Both the position numbers and the translations under genes were made by a program. A stretch of DNA of 64,000 nt. Source: an uncultured Desulfobacteraceae bacterium. Its GTDB lineage: Bacteria; Desulfobacterota; Desulfobacteria; Desulfobacterales; UBA2174. Location: positions 4,819 through 68,818 of the forward strand of contig CALJLV010000066.1 in assembly GCA_937982505.1 (NCBI GenBank), given 5' to 3'. Below the pieces are notes generated by a model. It saw nothing but the letters and a program-made list of their open reading frames with translations, was not told where the DNA came from and made no database searches. Positions 1-9,009 of the stretch are shown in pieces; the stretch's first letter is position 1; every line of letters begins with the position of its first letter.

Positions 1-171
1 CGGCGCGGCCGGAACGGTCTATCGCTTTTAGACCCGGATTTTTTCCAGGACACGGACCGGCGCTTGGTGCTATGCTGATCTTATCCGGCCCTCACCGGGC
101 CATGGCGTGTCGCTCGGCGCGCCATTTCTTTTTTGGAAAGGCCCCATGCCGGGCCGGAAAGGAAACGACCC

Positions 172-996
172 ATGGATCTTGCCCAACTCGAAGCGACCCC
201 GTCCTGGGAATGGCCCGAGGACGCCCGAAACCGGATTCTGGCGACCCTCCAGGACGCGGCCAGCGACACCGAGACACGCATGCTGGCCGCCTACCTGGCC
301 GGCGACGCCGCCGTGGTGGACGACGAAATGGCCGGGGCTCTGCTGAACGCCGTGGCCGACCCGAAGGCCGCCGAGCTGCTCCGGGCCCAGGCGGCCATCG
401 CCCTGGGGCCCGCTCTGGAACACGCCGACATCATGGGCTTTGACGATGAGGAAGAGATTCTCATCAGCGAAGATCGCTTCGAAGCCATCCAGAAGCGGCT
501 CAAGTCCGTTTTCGATGACCCGCAAACCCCCAAGGAGGTCCGCCGGCGGGTGCTGGAAGCATCGGTGCGCGCCCCCATGGGCTGGCACGCCCAGGCCGTT
601 CGCCAGGCCTTTGCCTCCCAGGACGACCAGTGGCGCCTCACCGCGGTCTTTGGGATGCAGTACATCGAAGGCTTCGAGACCGAGATCCTCGCCTGCCTCG
701 ACGATCCGGATCCGGAGATTCACCTGGAGGCCGTCACCGCAGCCGGCAGCTGGGAGCTGGAGGCCGCCTGGGATCACGTGGCGGCCCTGGTGCGCGGCGC
801 TCAGACGGCCAAGGACCTGCGCCTGGCCGCCATCGAGGCGGCCGTCACGATCCGGCCCGAGCAGGTGCAAGCCCTCTTTGACGGCCTGCTGGGCCACGAG
901 GATGAAGAGATCGTCGAAGCGGTCCGGGAGGCGCTGGCCATGGCCGAAGCGATTCTGGAAGGCGATGACGACGATCCGGACGAAGACCAGGACTGA
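172..996 (+). CDS. Hypothetical acidic protein with HEAT/armadillo-like helical repeats
   Basis: ORF 133..996. The internal ATG at 172 is preceded by GGAAAGGAAAC (RBS-like). Repeated helical segments resemble HEAT repeats (LDDPDPEIHLEAVTAAG, HEDEEIVEAVREALAMA). The tail is Asp/Glu-rich. No specific family recognised. Confidence 0.6.
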   Translation: MDLAQLEATPSWEWPEDARNRILATLQDAASDTETRMLAAYLAGDAAVVDDEMAGALLNAVADPKAAELLRAQAAIALGPALEHADIMGFDDEEEILISEDRFEAIQKRLKSVFDDPQTPKEVRRRVLEASVRAPMGWHAQAVRQAFASQDDQWRLTAVFGMQYIEGFETEILACLDDPDPEIHLEAVTAAGSWELEAAWDHVAALVRGAQTAKDLRLAAIEAAVTIRPEQVQALFDGLLGHEDEEIVEAVREALAMAEAILEGDDDDPDEDQD

Positions 997-1068
997 CCCT
1001 GCCTGCGGTCGCCGGCCATCGCTCCGGTTTCTTCCTGAAAACCGAGAAAGGCGGCGAAGCCTGCGGCG

Positions 1069-2670
1069 TTACGCTTTGGACCGCCCTGCCGGAAGGCTTT
1101 TGACGATCTGGGCCACGCGCCGGGCCACGTTCTGCCCGTCGATGGCCGCCGAGACAATCCCTCCGGCATACCCGGCCCCCTCCCCGCACGGATAGAGGCC
1201 GTCGAGCCCCGGCGCCATGAGGGTGGCCGGATCGCGCACGATGCGCACCGGAGCGCTGGTGCGCGATTCCACCGCCAGCACCAGGGCCGAGGCGGTCAGG
1301 AACCCCTTGCAACGCTGGCCGAAAAGAGTGAAGGCCGCCTGGAGGCGCCGGGCGACCCCTTCGGGCAGAAGGGCGTGCACCGGGGCGGCGACGCATCCGG
1401 GCCGGTAGGAGCTGGGCGGCAGCGAGGCGGAAAGCCGTCCGGCCACGAAGTCGGTCATGCGCTGGGCCGGGGCCCGCAGCCCCCCGCCGGCGGCGGAAAA
1501 GACGGCCCGCTCCACCGCTTCCTGAAAATGCAGCGCGGCCAGTGGATCGTCGGCCCTCAGGCCGGGAATATCCGCCAGACGGATTTCCACCACCAGGCCG
1601 GCATTGGCCAGGGGGGCGCCCCGGCCGGCCATGCTCATCCCGTTGATCACCAGCTCCCCCGGAGCCGTGCTGGCCGGAATCACATGCCCGCCGGGACACA
1701 TGCAGAAGGAAAAGACCCCGCGCCCCGCGATCTGGGCCGCCAGGCGGTAGGTGGCGGGAGGCAGTTGGGGCGGGCGGGCGGCCAGGCGGTACTGAATCCG
1801 GTCGATGAGCGCCTGGGGATGCTCCAGGCGCACCCCCAGGGCAAAGGGCTTGGCCTCCAGGCGTGCCCCGTGCCGCCCCAGCATCGTGTAGACGTCCCGG
1901 GCCGAGTGGCCCGCGGCCAGGATCACGGCGGCCGCCGGCCACTCCCGGCCGTCGGCCGTCACCACCGCCCGGACCCGATCCCGACGGCACACCAGATCCA
2001 CCACCTGCCGGCCGAAATGCACGTCTCCGCCGGCCTCCAGGATGGTGCGGCGCAGGCGCGTCACGATGCGCGGCAAGCGGTTGGAGCCGATATGGGGGTG
2101 GGCGTCCACCAGGATGTCCGGGTGAGCGCCGTGGGCCACCAGACAGGCCAGCACCCGCCCCACGTCCCCGCGCTTGGTGGAGCGGGTGTAGAGCTTGCCG
2201 TCCGAATAGGCCCCGGCCCCGCCCTCGCCGAAACAGTAGTTGGAATCCGGCGCCACCCGCCCCTCCCGGTGCAGCCGGGCGATGTCATAGCGCCGGGCCT
2301 TGACGTCCAGGCCCCGCTCCAGGACCACGGGGCGCACCCCCTGGGCCAGCAGCTCCAGGGCCGCGAAATACCCAGCCGGACCGGCGCCCACGATCACCAC
2401 CGGCGGCCCGTGCCGCCTGGGCGCGGCCAGGGGCGGCGGCAGAAAAGACGGGGCCGCCGGATCGGACGCCCCCAGGCCCACCACCAGTTCGTAGCAGGGC
2501 GGGCTGGACCGAGCATCGATGCTGCGGCGCAGCACGCGAAAGGGGGGCGGATCGCTCCCGGCCTCCAGGCCCAGGGCAAGAGCCAGGCGCCGGGCAAGAT
2601 CGGTTCGGTCCTGAATCCGGTCCGCGGGGATGCGCAAGGTAATGCGGTCAGGTGGGGATTTGATCTGCAT
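1069..2670 (-). CDS. FAD-dependent oxidoreductase (COG2509-type uncharacterised NAD(FAD)-utilising dehydrogenase)
   Basis: 533-aa ORF. Dinucleotide-binding motif VVIVGAGPAGYFAALEL. The blocks FGEGGAGAYSDGKLYTR and CMCPGGHV are typical of this family. Confidence 0.8.
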   Translation of the reverse strand: MQIKSPPDRITLRIPADRIQDRTDLARRLALALGLEAGSDPPPFRVLRRSIDARSSPPCYELVVGLGASDPAAPSFLPPPLAAPRRHGPPVVIVGAGPAGYFAALELLAQGVRPVVLERGLDVKARRYDIARLHREGRVAPDSNYCFGEGGAGAYSDGKLYTRSTKRGDVGRVLACLVAHGAHPDILVDAHPHIGSNRLPRIVTRLRRTILEAGGDVHFGRQVVDLVCRRDRVRAVVTADGREWPAAAVILAAGHSARDVYTMLGRHGARLEAKPFALGVRLEHPQALIDRIQYRLAARPPQLPPATYRLAAQIAGRGVFSFCMCPGGHVIPASTAPGELVINGMSMAGRGAPLANAGLVVEIRLADIPGLRADDPLAALHFQEAVERAVFSAAGGGLRAPAQRMTDFVAGRLSASLPPSSYRPGCVAAPVHALLPEGVARRLQAAFTLFGQRCKGFLTASALVLAVESRTSAPVRIVRDPATLMAPGLDGLYPCGEGAGYAGGIVSAAIDGQNVARRVAQIVKSLPAGRSKA

Positions 2671-2784
2671 AACAGGGCTTTACAGAAATCTTTAGGTGGT
2701 ATAAGGACGCGCCCACGCCGGGCGCCCCAGCGGTCCCGGATGCGTCTGGTCGCCAATCCTTCCCGTCAAGAGGTGGAAACGGTC

Positions 2785-3108
2785 ATGGATGTCTTGTCTG
2801 GATCTCAACGCAAGTATCTGCGCGGGCTGGCCCATGCCCTGCGGCCGGTGATCCTCATCGGCCAGCAGGGGCTCAGCGATGCCCTGGTGGCCTCCATGGA
2901 GGCCAATCTGAGGCGCCATGAGCTGATCAAGGTTCATTTCAACGAGTTCAAGGAAAAGCCGGTGAAACAGGAGCTGAGCCAGACCCTGGCCCGGCGCACC
3001 GGCGCCCACCTGGTGGGGCTGATCGGCCACACGGCCATATTCTACCGCCCCCATCCCCAGGAAGAGAAGCGCCTCATCCGCCTTCCCCCCCGGGCCACAG
3101 CCGCCTGA
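2785..3108 (+). CDS. yhbY: YhbY-like CRM-domain RNA-binding protein (ribosome assembly)
   Basis: Only the last 107 aa of ORF 1375..3108, starting at the ATG at 2785. LSGSQRKYLRGLAHALRPVILIGQQGLSDALV...ELIKV matches the CRS1/YhbY pattern. The upstream part of the ORF is antisense to the flavoprotein gene. Confidence 0.8.
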   Translation: MDVLSGSQRKYLRGLAHALRPVILIGQQGLSDALVASMEANLRRHELIKVHFNEFKEKPVKQELSQTLARRTGAHLVGLIGHTAIFYRPHPQEEKRLIRLPPRATAA

Positions 3109-3163
3109 CCGATCCCCCACGGCACCGCTCGCCGCGGCGCGGCGCCCGGATGACGCGGCCCGT

Positions 3164-4114
3164 TCAATGCCGGGCGGACGCCTGAGGGCCGGACGAAGCG
3201 GTCCGGCCCCGGCCGGCGGCCACGGCATCGGCCGAATAGAGGGCCAGGCCGGCCCAGATCAGGACGAAGGTCAGCCAGCGCATCGTCCCCACCGGCTCCT
3301 GGTAGCGCCAGACGGCCAGCAGGAACATGCAGCTGGGGGCGATATACTGGAGCAGGCCGATGGTGGCCAGATGCAGCCGCCGGGCCCCGAGGTTGAAGAG
3401 CAGCAGCGGCAGGGCGGTGACCATGGCGCTGCCGCACAGCAGCAGGTCGATTTGCCGGCCGGCGTGCAGGAAAGTGCCCCGGCCGATCGCCTCCAGATAG
3501 ATCAGGACGGCCAGCGAGGGAACGGCCAGAAGAAGGGTCTCCACCGTCAGCCCCACCAAGGCCCCCACCGCGGCCATCTTGCGCGCCAGCCCGTAAATCC
3601 CGAAACTCAAGGCCAGGGCCAGGGAAATCCAGGGAACGCGGCCGTACTGGGCCGTCTGGATCGCCACCCCCAGGGCGGCCAGAGCCACGGCCCAGCGCTG
3701 CATGCGGCGCAGCCGCTCCCCGAGAAAGGCGACCCCCAGCAGCACGTTGATCAGGGGATTGATGTAATAGCCCAGGCTGGCTTCCAGCACATGTCCGCTG
3801 TTCACAGCCCAGATATAGATCAGCCAGTTGGCGGCCACCAGCAGGGAGGTGGCCCCCAGCAGGGCCAGGGTGCGCGGCTGCGCCAGGGCCTGCCGGAAGT
3901 CGCCCCCGCGGCCGGAAAGCATCACCAGGGGCAGCAGGACGGCCAGGGACCAGACAATGCGGTGGAGGATGATCTCCCCGGGCGCCACCGAGGCGATGAG
4001 TTTCCAGTAGAGGGGACTCAGCCCCCAGATGATAAAGGCAACCGCCGCACACCCCAGGCCCGCTGCGTCCGGGGTGGTGGAGAACGATTCGAATTTTAAA
4101 GAAAAAGTCGGCAT
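3164..4114 (-). CDS. rarD: EamA/RarD-family (DMT superfamily) transporter
   Basis: 316 aa and about 10 predicted TM helices. The N-terminus (IIWGLSPLYWK) and the GYYINPL block are typical of RarD. Confidence 0.8.
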   Translation of the reverse strand: MPTFSLKFESFSTTPDAAGLGCAAVAFIIWGLSPLYWKLIASVAPGEIILHRIVWSLAVLLPLVMLSGRGGDFRQALAQPRTLALLGATSLLVAANWLIYIWAVNSGHVLEASLGYYINPLINVLLGVAFLGERLRRMQRWAVALAALGVAIQTAQYGRVPWISLALALSFGIYGLARKMAAVGALVGLTVETLLLAVPSLAVLIYLEAIGRGTFLHAGRQIDLLLCGSAMVTALPLLLFNLGARRLHLATIGLLQYIAPSCMFLLAVWRYQEPVGTMRWLTFVLIWAGLALYSADAVAAGRGRTASSGPQASARH

Positions 4115-4284
4115 GGCGGGCTGGCGTCGGCCGGTCCTCCGGGCGCGGCGCTGAGCGGTTTGCCGCCGGCACCTCGCCCCGATCCTCCGGGGAAGATCCC
4201 CATGATGTTTAATTAAATCGGCCGCTTGCCTCTCAATCCACCTGGAGCGCCAGGCCGCGGCGGAGTCAGGATATCAAGAATTTC

Positions 4285-4313
4285 TTGACAAAAGAAAGAC
4301 TTACCAGTTAAAA
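4285..4313 (+). promoter_or_regulatory. Sigma-70-like promoter candidate upstream of ihfA
   Basis: TTGACA (4285-4290), a 17-nt spacer, then TTAAAA (4308-4313). It lies about 95 nt upstream of the ATG at 4409, in a locally AT-rich stretch. Confidence 0.4.
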
Positions 4314-4408
4314 AGACCTCGTTTACGTCCAACGCGGCGGCCGGCGCCACCCCGCCGTATCCCAGGGCCTACCGGCATTGACCTTATGGCAACAGGAGTA
4401 GCACACCG

Positions 4409-4696
4409 ATGACGCTCACCAAGGCAGACATCGTCGACGCCCTTCCGGACCAGCTCGGCCTGCCCCGCAACCGTTGCGCCGAGATCGTGGAAACCCTGCT
4501 CGAAATCATGAAGCGCACCATGGAAAACGGTGAAGACATTCTCATCAGCGGATTCGGGAAGTTCTGCGTCAATGAAAAAAAGGCCCGCAAAGGACGCAAC
4601 CCGGCCACCGGAGAACCCATGATGCTCTCCCAGCGGCGGGTCGTGGTGTTTCGCTGTTCCAATATCCTGCGCGAAAAGGTCAACGGGAAACGCTAG
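4409..4696 (+). CDS. ihfA: Integration host factor alpha-like DNA-bending protein (HU/IHF family)
   Basis: 95 aa. MTLTKADIV..., GFGKF, and RKGRNPATGEPMMLSQRRVVVF closely parallel the IHF-alpha arm region. An AGGAG RBS sits upstream. Confidence 0.75.
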   Translation: MTLTKADIVDALPDQLGLPRNRCAEIVETLLEIMKRTMENGEDILISGFGKFCVNEKKARKGRNPATGEPMMLSQRRVVVFRCSNILREKVNGKR

Positions 4697-4725
4697 GGGT
4701 TGCGTTTTCCGCGGCAGCTCACCCG

Positions 4726-4775
4726 CGCGTTTTCAGGGGCCCGGCCAAAGGTTCTGAAAACGCGTTTTGTTTTTT
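4726..4775 (+). terminator. Rho-independent terminator after ihfA
   Basis: Perfect 11-bp stem: CGCGTTTTCAG (4726-4736) pairs with CTGAAAACGCG (4754-4764). The loop is 17 nt and is followed by TTTTGTTTTTT. Confidence 0.75.
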
Positions 4776-4831
4776 AAAGTCGATCTGCCGTGTCCAGAAC
4801 CGATGTCCTGGCAGGCGATCGGGGGCCGATC

Positions 4832-5374
4832 ATGAGCTTCTCAGAAAATCATCCGGTGGTGCAGCAGATGCTCGCGGAGCTGCACCGGCACACCGGCGGC
4901 GATCCGTCGGGCAAAGTCTCCATGTACGACCTCGGCCAGGCCCTGGGCATCGACCGGGAAGAGGCCCAGGAGGCCGGCCAGGCCCTCCTCGGTGCCGGCC
5001 TGGCGACCATCGTCTCCCTTTCGGGAAGCATCCGCATCACCGCCGAGGGGATGGCCCGGGTCTCTGCCGGGGGTGAAGCGGCGAACGAAACGGACGGGGT
5101 ACGCCTGGGCGCGGAACCGGTCCTCTCCGCCGCGCTGCGCCAGGCCCTGGAGAACGCCACCGCCCGGCTCAAGGGTCAGATCGGCCAGCGCGGATGGGCC
5201 TTCGATCCGCTCAGCGAAATCATGGCGGACCTCAAAACCCTCGATGCCCAGCTCCAGTCGCCGCGGCCCAAGACGGCCATTGTCCGGGCCTGCCTGCAGT
5301 CCATCACCGCCCTCCTGGAACGCACCGGGGCCACTGATCTCAAGGCGCCGGTGGCGGCCCTGATGGGCAAGTAG
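4832..5374 (+). CDS. Hypothetical protein (possible winged-helix N-terminus)
   Basis: ORF 4790..5374 (GTG start); the ATG at 4832 is preferred. Composition looks coding and no conflicting gene overlaps it. No family recognised. Confidence 0.45.
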   Translation: MSFSENHPVVQQMLAELHRHTGGDPSGKVSMYDLGQALGIDREEAQEAGQALLGAGLATIVSLSGSIRITAEGMARVSAGGEAANETDGVRLGAEPVLSAALRQALENATARLKGQIGQRGWAFDPLSEIMADLKTLDAQLQSPRPKTAIVRACLQSITALLERTGATDLKAPVAALMGK

Positions 5375-5407
5375 TCTCCCCGGGCAGACCCGCCGCCGCA
5401 CCGCACC

Positions 5408-5695
5408 TCAGGCCAGGCTGCGAAAGGCCGCCGCCAGGGTCCAGATCCCGGCGGCCAGAAAAAAAGCCCCGGCGGCCAACTTGATGGCCACCGGGGGAAT
5501 CATCCTTCCGAGCGCATCGCCGAAAAGCACCGCCAGCAGGGCGCTGAGGACCAGGGCAGCCGCCGAGCCGAGAAACACGGACCAGCGGGACCCTTCGCAG
5601 TCGGCCGAAAGGCAGAAGGTCGCCACCTGGGTCTTGTCGCCCAGCTCCGCCAGGAACACCATTCCGAAGGTCGTCAGCAGGATTTTCAGATCCAT
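5408..5695 (-). CDS. UPF0016 (GDT1/TMEM165) family membrane protein, single-repeat form
   Basis: The E-x-G-D-K-T signature is present (LAELGDKTQ) and there are 3 hydrophobic helices. The ATG at 5695 lies 1 nt after the tkt stop codon. Confidence 0.75.
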   Translation of the reverse strand: MDLKILLTTFGMVFLAELGDKTQVATFCLSADCEGSRWSVFLGSAAALVLSALLAVLFGDALGRMIPPVAIKLAAGAFFLAAGIWTLAAAFRSLA

Positions 5696-5696
5696 T

Positions 5697-7715
5697 TCAG
5701 CGTCCCAGCAGCGCCAGGGCATGCTGCACCACGTTGTCCACCGTGAACCCGAACCTGGCCAGAACGGTTCCGCCGGGGGCCGAGGCGCCGAAGCGGTCGA
5801 TGCCGATCACCGCTCCGTGTTGGCCCACGTAGCGCTCCCACCCCATGGACAGGCCGGCCTCGATGGCCAGGCGCGCCGTCACCGCGGGCGGCAGGACGCA
5901 GCGCCGGTAATCGGCCCCGGCCTTTTCGAAGAGCTCCCAGCTGGGCAGGTTGACCACCCTGGCGGCGATGTCCCGGCCGGCCAGCGCTTCGCGGGCCGCC
6001 AGGGCCAGATGGACCTCGGCCCCGGTGGCGATGAGGATCAGATCCGGCTCACCCGGCGTATCGGCCAGAATGTAGCCGCCCTGGCGCAGATTTCCCCGGA
6101 CGGCGTCCGGATCGAGAACCGGCAGCTTCTGGCGGCTGAGCACCAGGGCCGTGGGACCGTCGCCGCGGCGGATGGCGGCGCGCCAGGCCTCGGCGGTTTC
6201 GTTGGCGTCGGCCGGGCGGATGACCGTGAGGTTGGGAATGGCCCGCAGGGCCGCCAGGTGCTCCACCGGCTGGTGGGTGGGACCGTCCTCGCCCACCGCT
6301 ACGCTGTCGTGGGTCAAAACGTAGATCACCGGCAGCTTCATCAGGCTGGCCATGCGGATGGCCGGGCGCATGTAGTCGGCAAAGACCAGGAAGGTGCCGC
6401 CGTAGGGGCGGATCCCGTTGTGCAGGTAAAGGCCGTTGAGAATGGCCCCCATGGCGTGTTCGCGCACCCCGAAGCGGATGTTGCGTCCCCGGTGGGTCTC
6501 TTTTTGAAATTCGGCTTCACCGTTGAGAAAGGTCTTGTTGGACGGGGCCAGATCGGCCGAGCCGCCCATGAGCGTGGGCAAACGCCGGGCGATGGCGTTG
6601 AGGACCGTACCGGAGGCCGATCGGGTGGCCAGCGGACCCTGGGCCGGAGCGAAGGTGGGCACCTCGGCGTCCCAGTCGGCCGGCAAATGGCCGCTCATGG
6701 CGTTGACCCATTGGTCGGCCAGATCGGGATGGGCCCGGCGGTAGGCATCGAAGCCCTCAAGCCAGTCGGATTCGGCCGCAGCGCCTTTCTCCTGAACCAC
6801 CCCAAAGTGGGACCGCACCGCATCCGAAACGCAGAAGGTCTGGTCCGGCCGGCATCCGAGACAGGTCTTGGCCAGGCAGACCTCCTCGGGCCCCAGGGGC
6901 GCGCCGTGGGCGTCGGCCGTGTCCTGCTTGTTGGGGCTGCCGTAGGCGATGACGGTGCGCACCATCACCAGGGAAGGCCGCCGGGTTTCGCTGCGGGCGG
7001 CCTCCAGGGCCGCGCTCAGCGCCTCCAGGTCGTTGCCGTCGGCCACCTTCACCACATGCCATCCATAGGCCTCGAAGCGCTGGCCCACGTCTTCGGTGAA
7101 GGCGATGTCGGTGCGCCCTTCGATGGAGATCCGATTGTCGTCGTAGATACAGATCAGCCGCCCCAGACCCAGGTGCCCGGCCAGGGAAGCGGCCTCGGCG
7201 GCCACCCCCTCCATCAGGTCCCCGTCGCCGCAGACCACCCAGGTGCGATGATCCACGATGGCGTGGCCGGGGCGGTTGAAACGCGCCGCCAGGTGGCGTT
7301 CGGCCATGGCCATGCCCACCGCGTTGGCCAATCCCTGACCCAGCGGTCCGGTGGTGGTTTCCACCCCGGGCGTATGGCCGAACTCGGGGTGTCCGGGGGT
7401 CCGGCTCTCCCACTGCCGAAAATTTTTCAGATCCTCCAGGCTTAAATCGTATCCGGTCAGGTGGAGCAGGCTGTAGAGGAGCATCGACGCGTGGCCCCCC
7501 GAAAGCACGAAACGATCCCGGTCGAGCCAGTCGGGGTTGCGCGGGTTGTGCTTGAGAAACCGGGTCCACAGCGCATAGCCGACGGGAGCCAGTCCCATGG
7601 GGGCGCCCGGGTGGCCGGACTTGGCCTTCTCGATGGCATCCATGGACAGGGTGCGGATGGTGTTGATCGCCTGGGTCTCGATGGCCGGCCCATCGGCGGC
7701 GGGTGTGGGGGGCAT
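5697..7715 (-). CDS. tkt: Transketolase
   Basis: Hallmark transketolase blocks: [38 protein letters not shown]. The start at 7715 is preceded by GGAAAGGAGAG. The longer ORF reaching 7934 adds a non-homologous Cys/Arg-rich leader. Confidence 0.9.
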   Translation of the reverse strand: MPPTPAADGPAIETQAINTIRTLSMDAIEKAKSGHPGAPMGLAPVGYALWTRFLKHNPRNPDWLDRDRFVLSGGHASMLLYSLLHLTGYDLSLEDLKNFRQWESRTPGHPEFGHTPGVETTTGPLGQGLANAVGMAMAERHLAARFNRPGHAIVDHRTWVVCGDGDLMEGVAAEAASLAGHLGLGRLICIYDDNRISIEGRTDIAFTEDVGQRFEAYGWHVVKVADGNDLEALSAALEAARSETRRPSLVMVRTVIAYGSPNKQDTADAHGAPLGPEEVCLAKTCLGCRPDQTFCVSDAVRSHFGVVQEKGAAAESDWLEGFDAYRRAHPDLADQWVNAMSGHLPADWDAEVPTFAPAQGPLATRSASGTVLNAIARRLPTLMGGSADLAPSNKTFLNGEAEFQKETHRGRNIRFGVREHAMGAILNGLYLHNGIRPYGGTFLVFADYMRPAIRMASLMKLPVIYVLTHDSVAVGEDGPTHQPVEHLAALRAIPNLTVIRPADANETAEAWRAAIRRGDGPTALVLSRQKLPVLDPDAVRGNLRQGGYILADTPGEPDLILIATGAEVHLALAAREALAGRDIAARVVNLPSWELFEKAGADYRRCVLPPAVTARLAIEAGLSMGWERYVGQHGAVIGIDRFGASAPGGTVLARFGFTVDNVVQHALALLGR

Positions 7716-7958
7716 GGGGCTCTCCTTTCCAGGGGTGACGCGAGCGGCCGGGCATCGCTGCCGGCGGCATCCTTCACCGATCAGCCGTTGGATCAAATCA
7801 CGATGCGGCACGTGCGGCCGACAGGGTGTCGAGCGGCTTGATACAATGCTTTGAAAGGGGATGCAAGCCCCCCGATAAAGCCTCCAAAGGCCCTGGCAAC
7901 GGCACACGGCGAGGCTGTCCGGAGGAATTTTCATCTGACGGCCTGCCCCGCTGACCCG

Positions 7959-8828
7959 CTAAAGGGCCCTGAGAAACTCCGGCTTGAGGGCCACGCGTCC
8001 GGCCAGGGCCGCATCGATGAGGGCCAGGGTGCGCTCCCGGTCCTCGGGCAGGCGGGCCCGGATGGGCAGGTAGTTCGAAGCGTGGTTGGCGTGAAACAGG
8101 CCTCCGGAAAGCCGGGTATGATCGATCATGGTGCGCAGCTCGGCCAGCAGGCCCATGGGGTCGGGCAGGCGAAAGCGGCCCTGGCGGTGGTCCTCGTAAA
8201 GCGGGGTGCCGGGAATCAGCATCAGGCTCAGGGCGCCCACGTACTCGGGATCGATGGCCGACAGGACCCTGCCGGTGGCCTCGGCGTGAATCGCTGACCG
8301 TTCGACACCCGCCAGGCCGAGCAGAACGGTGACGGAAAGCCTGATCCCCGCGGCCCTGGCCTTGCGGCCCATGAGGATCATCCGCTGGCTGTCGGCGCCC
8401 TTGCACACCGCCTGCAGGGTCGGATCGTCGCCGGACTCCAGGCCCATGTAGGCGATGCCCAGCCCGAGGCTTCTCAGTTCTGCCAGTTGCGCATCGGACT
8501 TCATGGCCAGGCCCTTGGTGTTGGCGTAGACCCCCACCCGCTCGACCCAGGGCAGCTGGCGGCGGATGGCCTCTAGGATGGCCACCAGGCGCCGCTGGGG
8601 CACGATCAAGGCGTCGCCGTCGCACAGAAAGACGCGCCGCTGGCGCCGGGCGTAGCGGGCCGCAAAGGCGATGTCGGCCATGATCGTCTCGTCGGGCTTG
8701 ATCTTGAAGCGTTCGCCCTTGTAGGCGCCGCAAAAGGTGCACTTGTTGTGGCTGCATCCCACCGTGACCTGGAGCAGAATGCTGTCGGCTTCGCTGGGCG
8801 GCCGGATGATGTGGCCTTCGTAATGCAT
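7959..8828 (-). CDS. Radical SAM protein
   Basis: 289 aa with the CxxxCxxC cluster motif in VGCSHNKCTFCGAY. It shows TIM-barrel-like alternating blocks. The subfamily was not identified. Confidence 0.85.
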   Translation of the reverse strand: MHYEGHIIRPPSEADSILLQVTVGCSHNKCTFCGAYKGERFKIKPDETIMADIAFAARYARRQRRVFLCDGDALIVPQRRLVAILEAIRRQLPWVERVGVYANTKGLAMKSDAQLAELRSLGLGIAYMGLESGDDPTLQAVCKGADSQRMILMGRKARAAGIRLSVTVLLGLAGVERSAIHAEATGRVLSAIDPEYVGALSLMLIPGTPLYEDHRQGRFRLPDPMGLLAELRTMIDHTRLSGGLFHANHASNYLPIRARLPEDRERTLALIDAALAGRVALKPEFLRAL

Positions 8829-9009
8829 TGAATCTCTCCCTCATCGGCGTTAAAGAAGATGCCCATCATACCTGAAATCGACCAGCGGGGGTACCCCTGA
8901 TCGGGTCTCGGTTGAGGCCGGACGGCGGCCCGCGACCCTTACGGTTGTTCTTCCGGCGCCAGGCCGAATCCTTTTTGGCCCGTGCGCCCAGCGCGCGAGC
9001 GGCGGTTGC

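Noticed and set aside
845-1990. 381-aa minus-strand ORF spanning the end of the HEAT-like gene and part of the flavoprotein gene in another frame
   Set aside because: The translation is Pro/Gly/Arg-rich and overlaps two better-supported genes. It is a shadow ORF.
1375-2784. N-terminal 470 aa of the 577-aa plus-strand ORF 1375..3108
   Set aside because: This part is antisense to the COG2509 flavoprotein gene and has no recognisable content. Only the last 107 aa (from the ATG at 2785) form a YhbY-like protein.
5481-7445. 654-aa plus-strand ORF overlapping tkt
   Set aside because: It is antisense to a clearly recognisable transketolase. The translation has no motifs and a skewed Gly/Arg/Ala/Pro composition.
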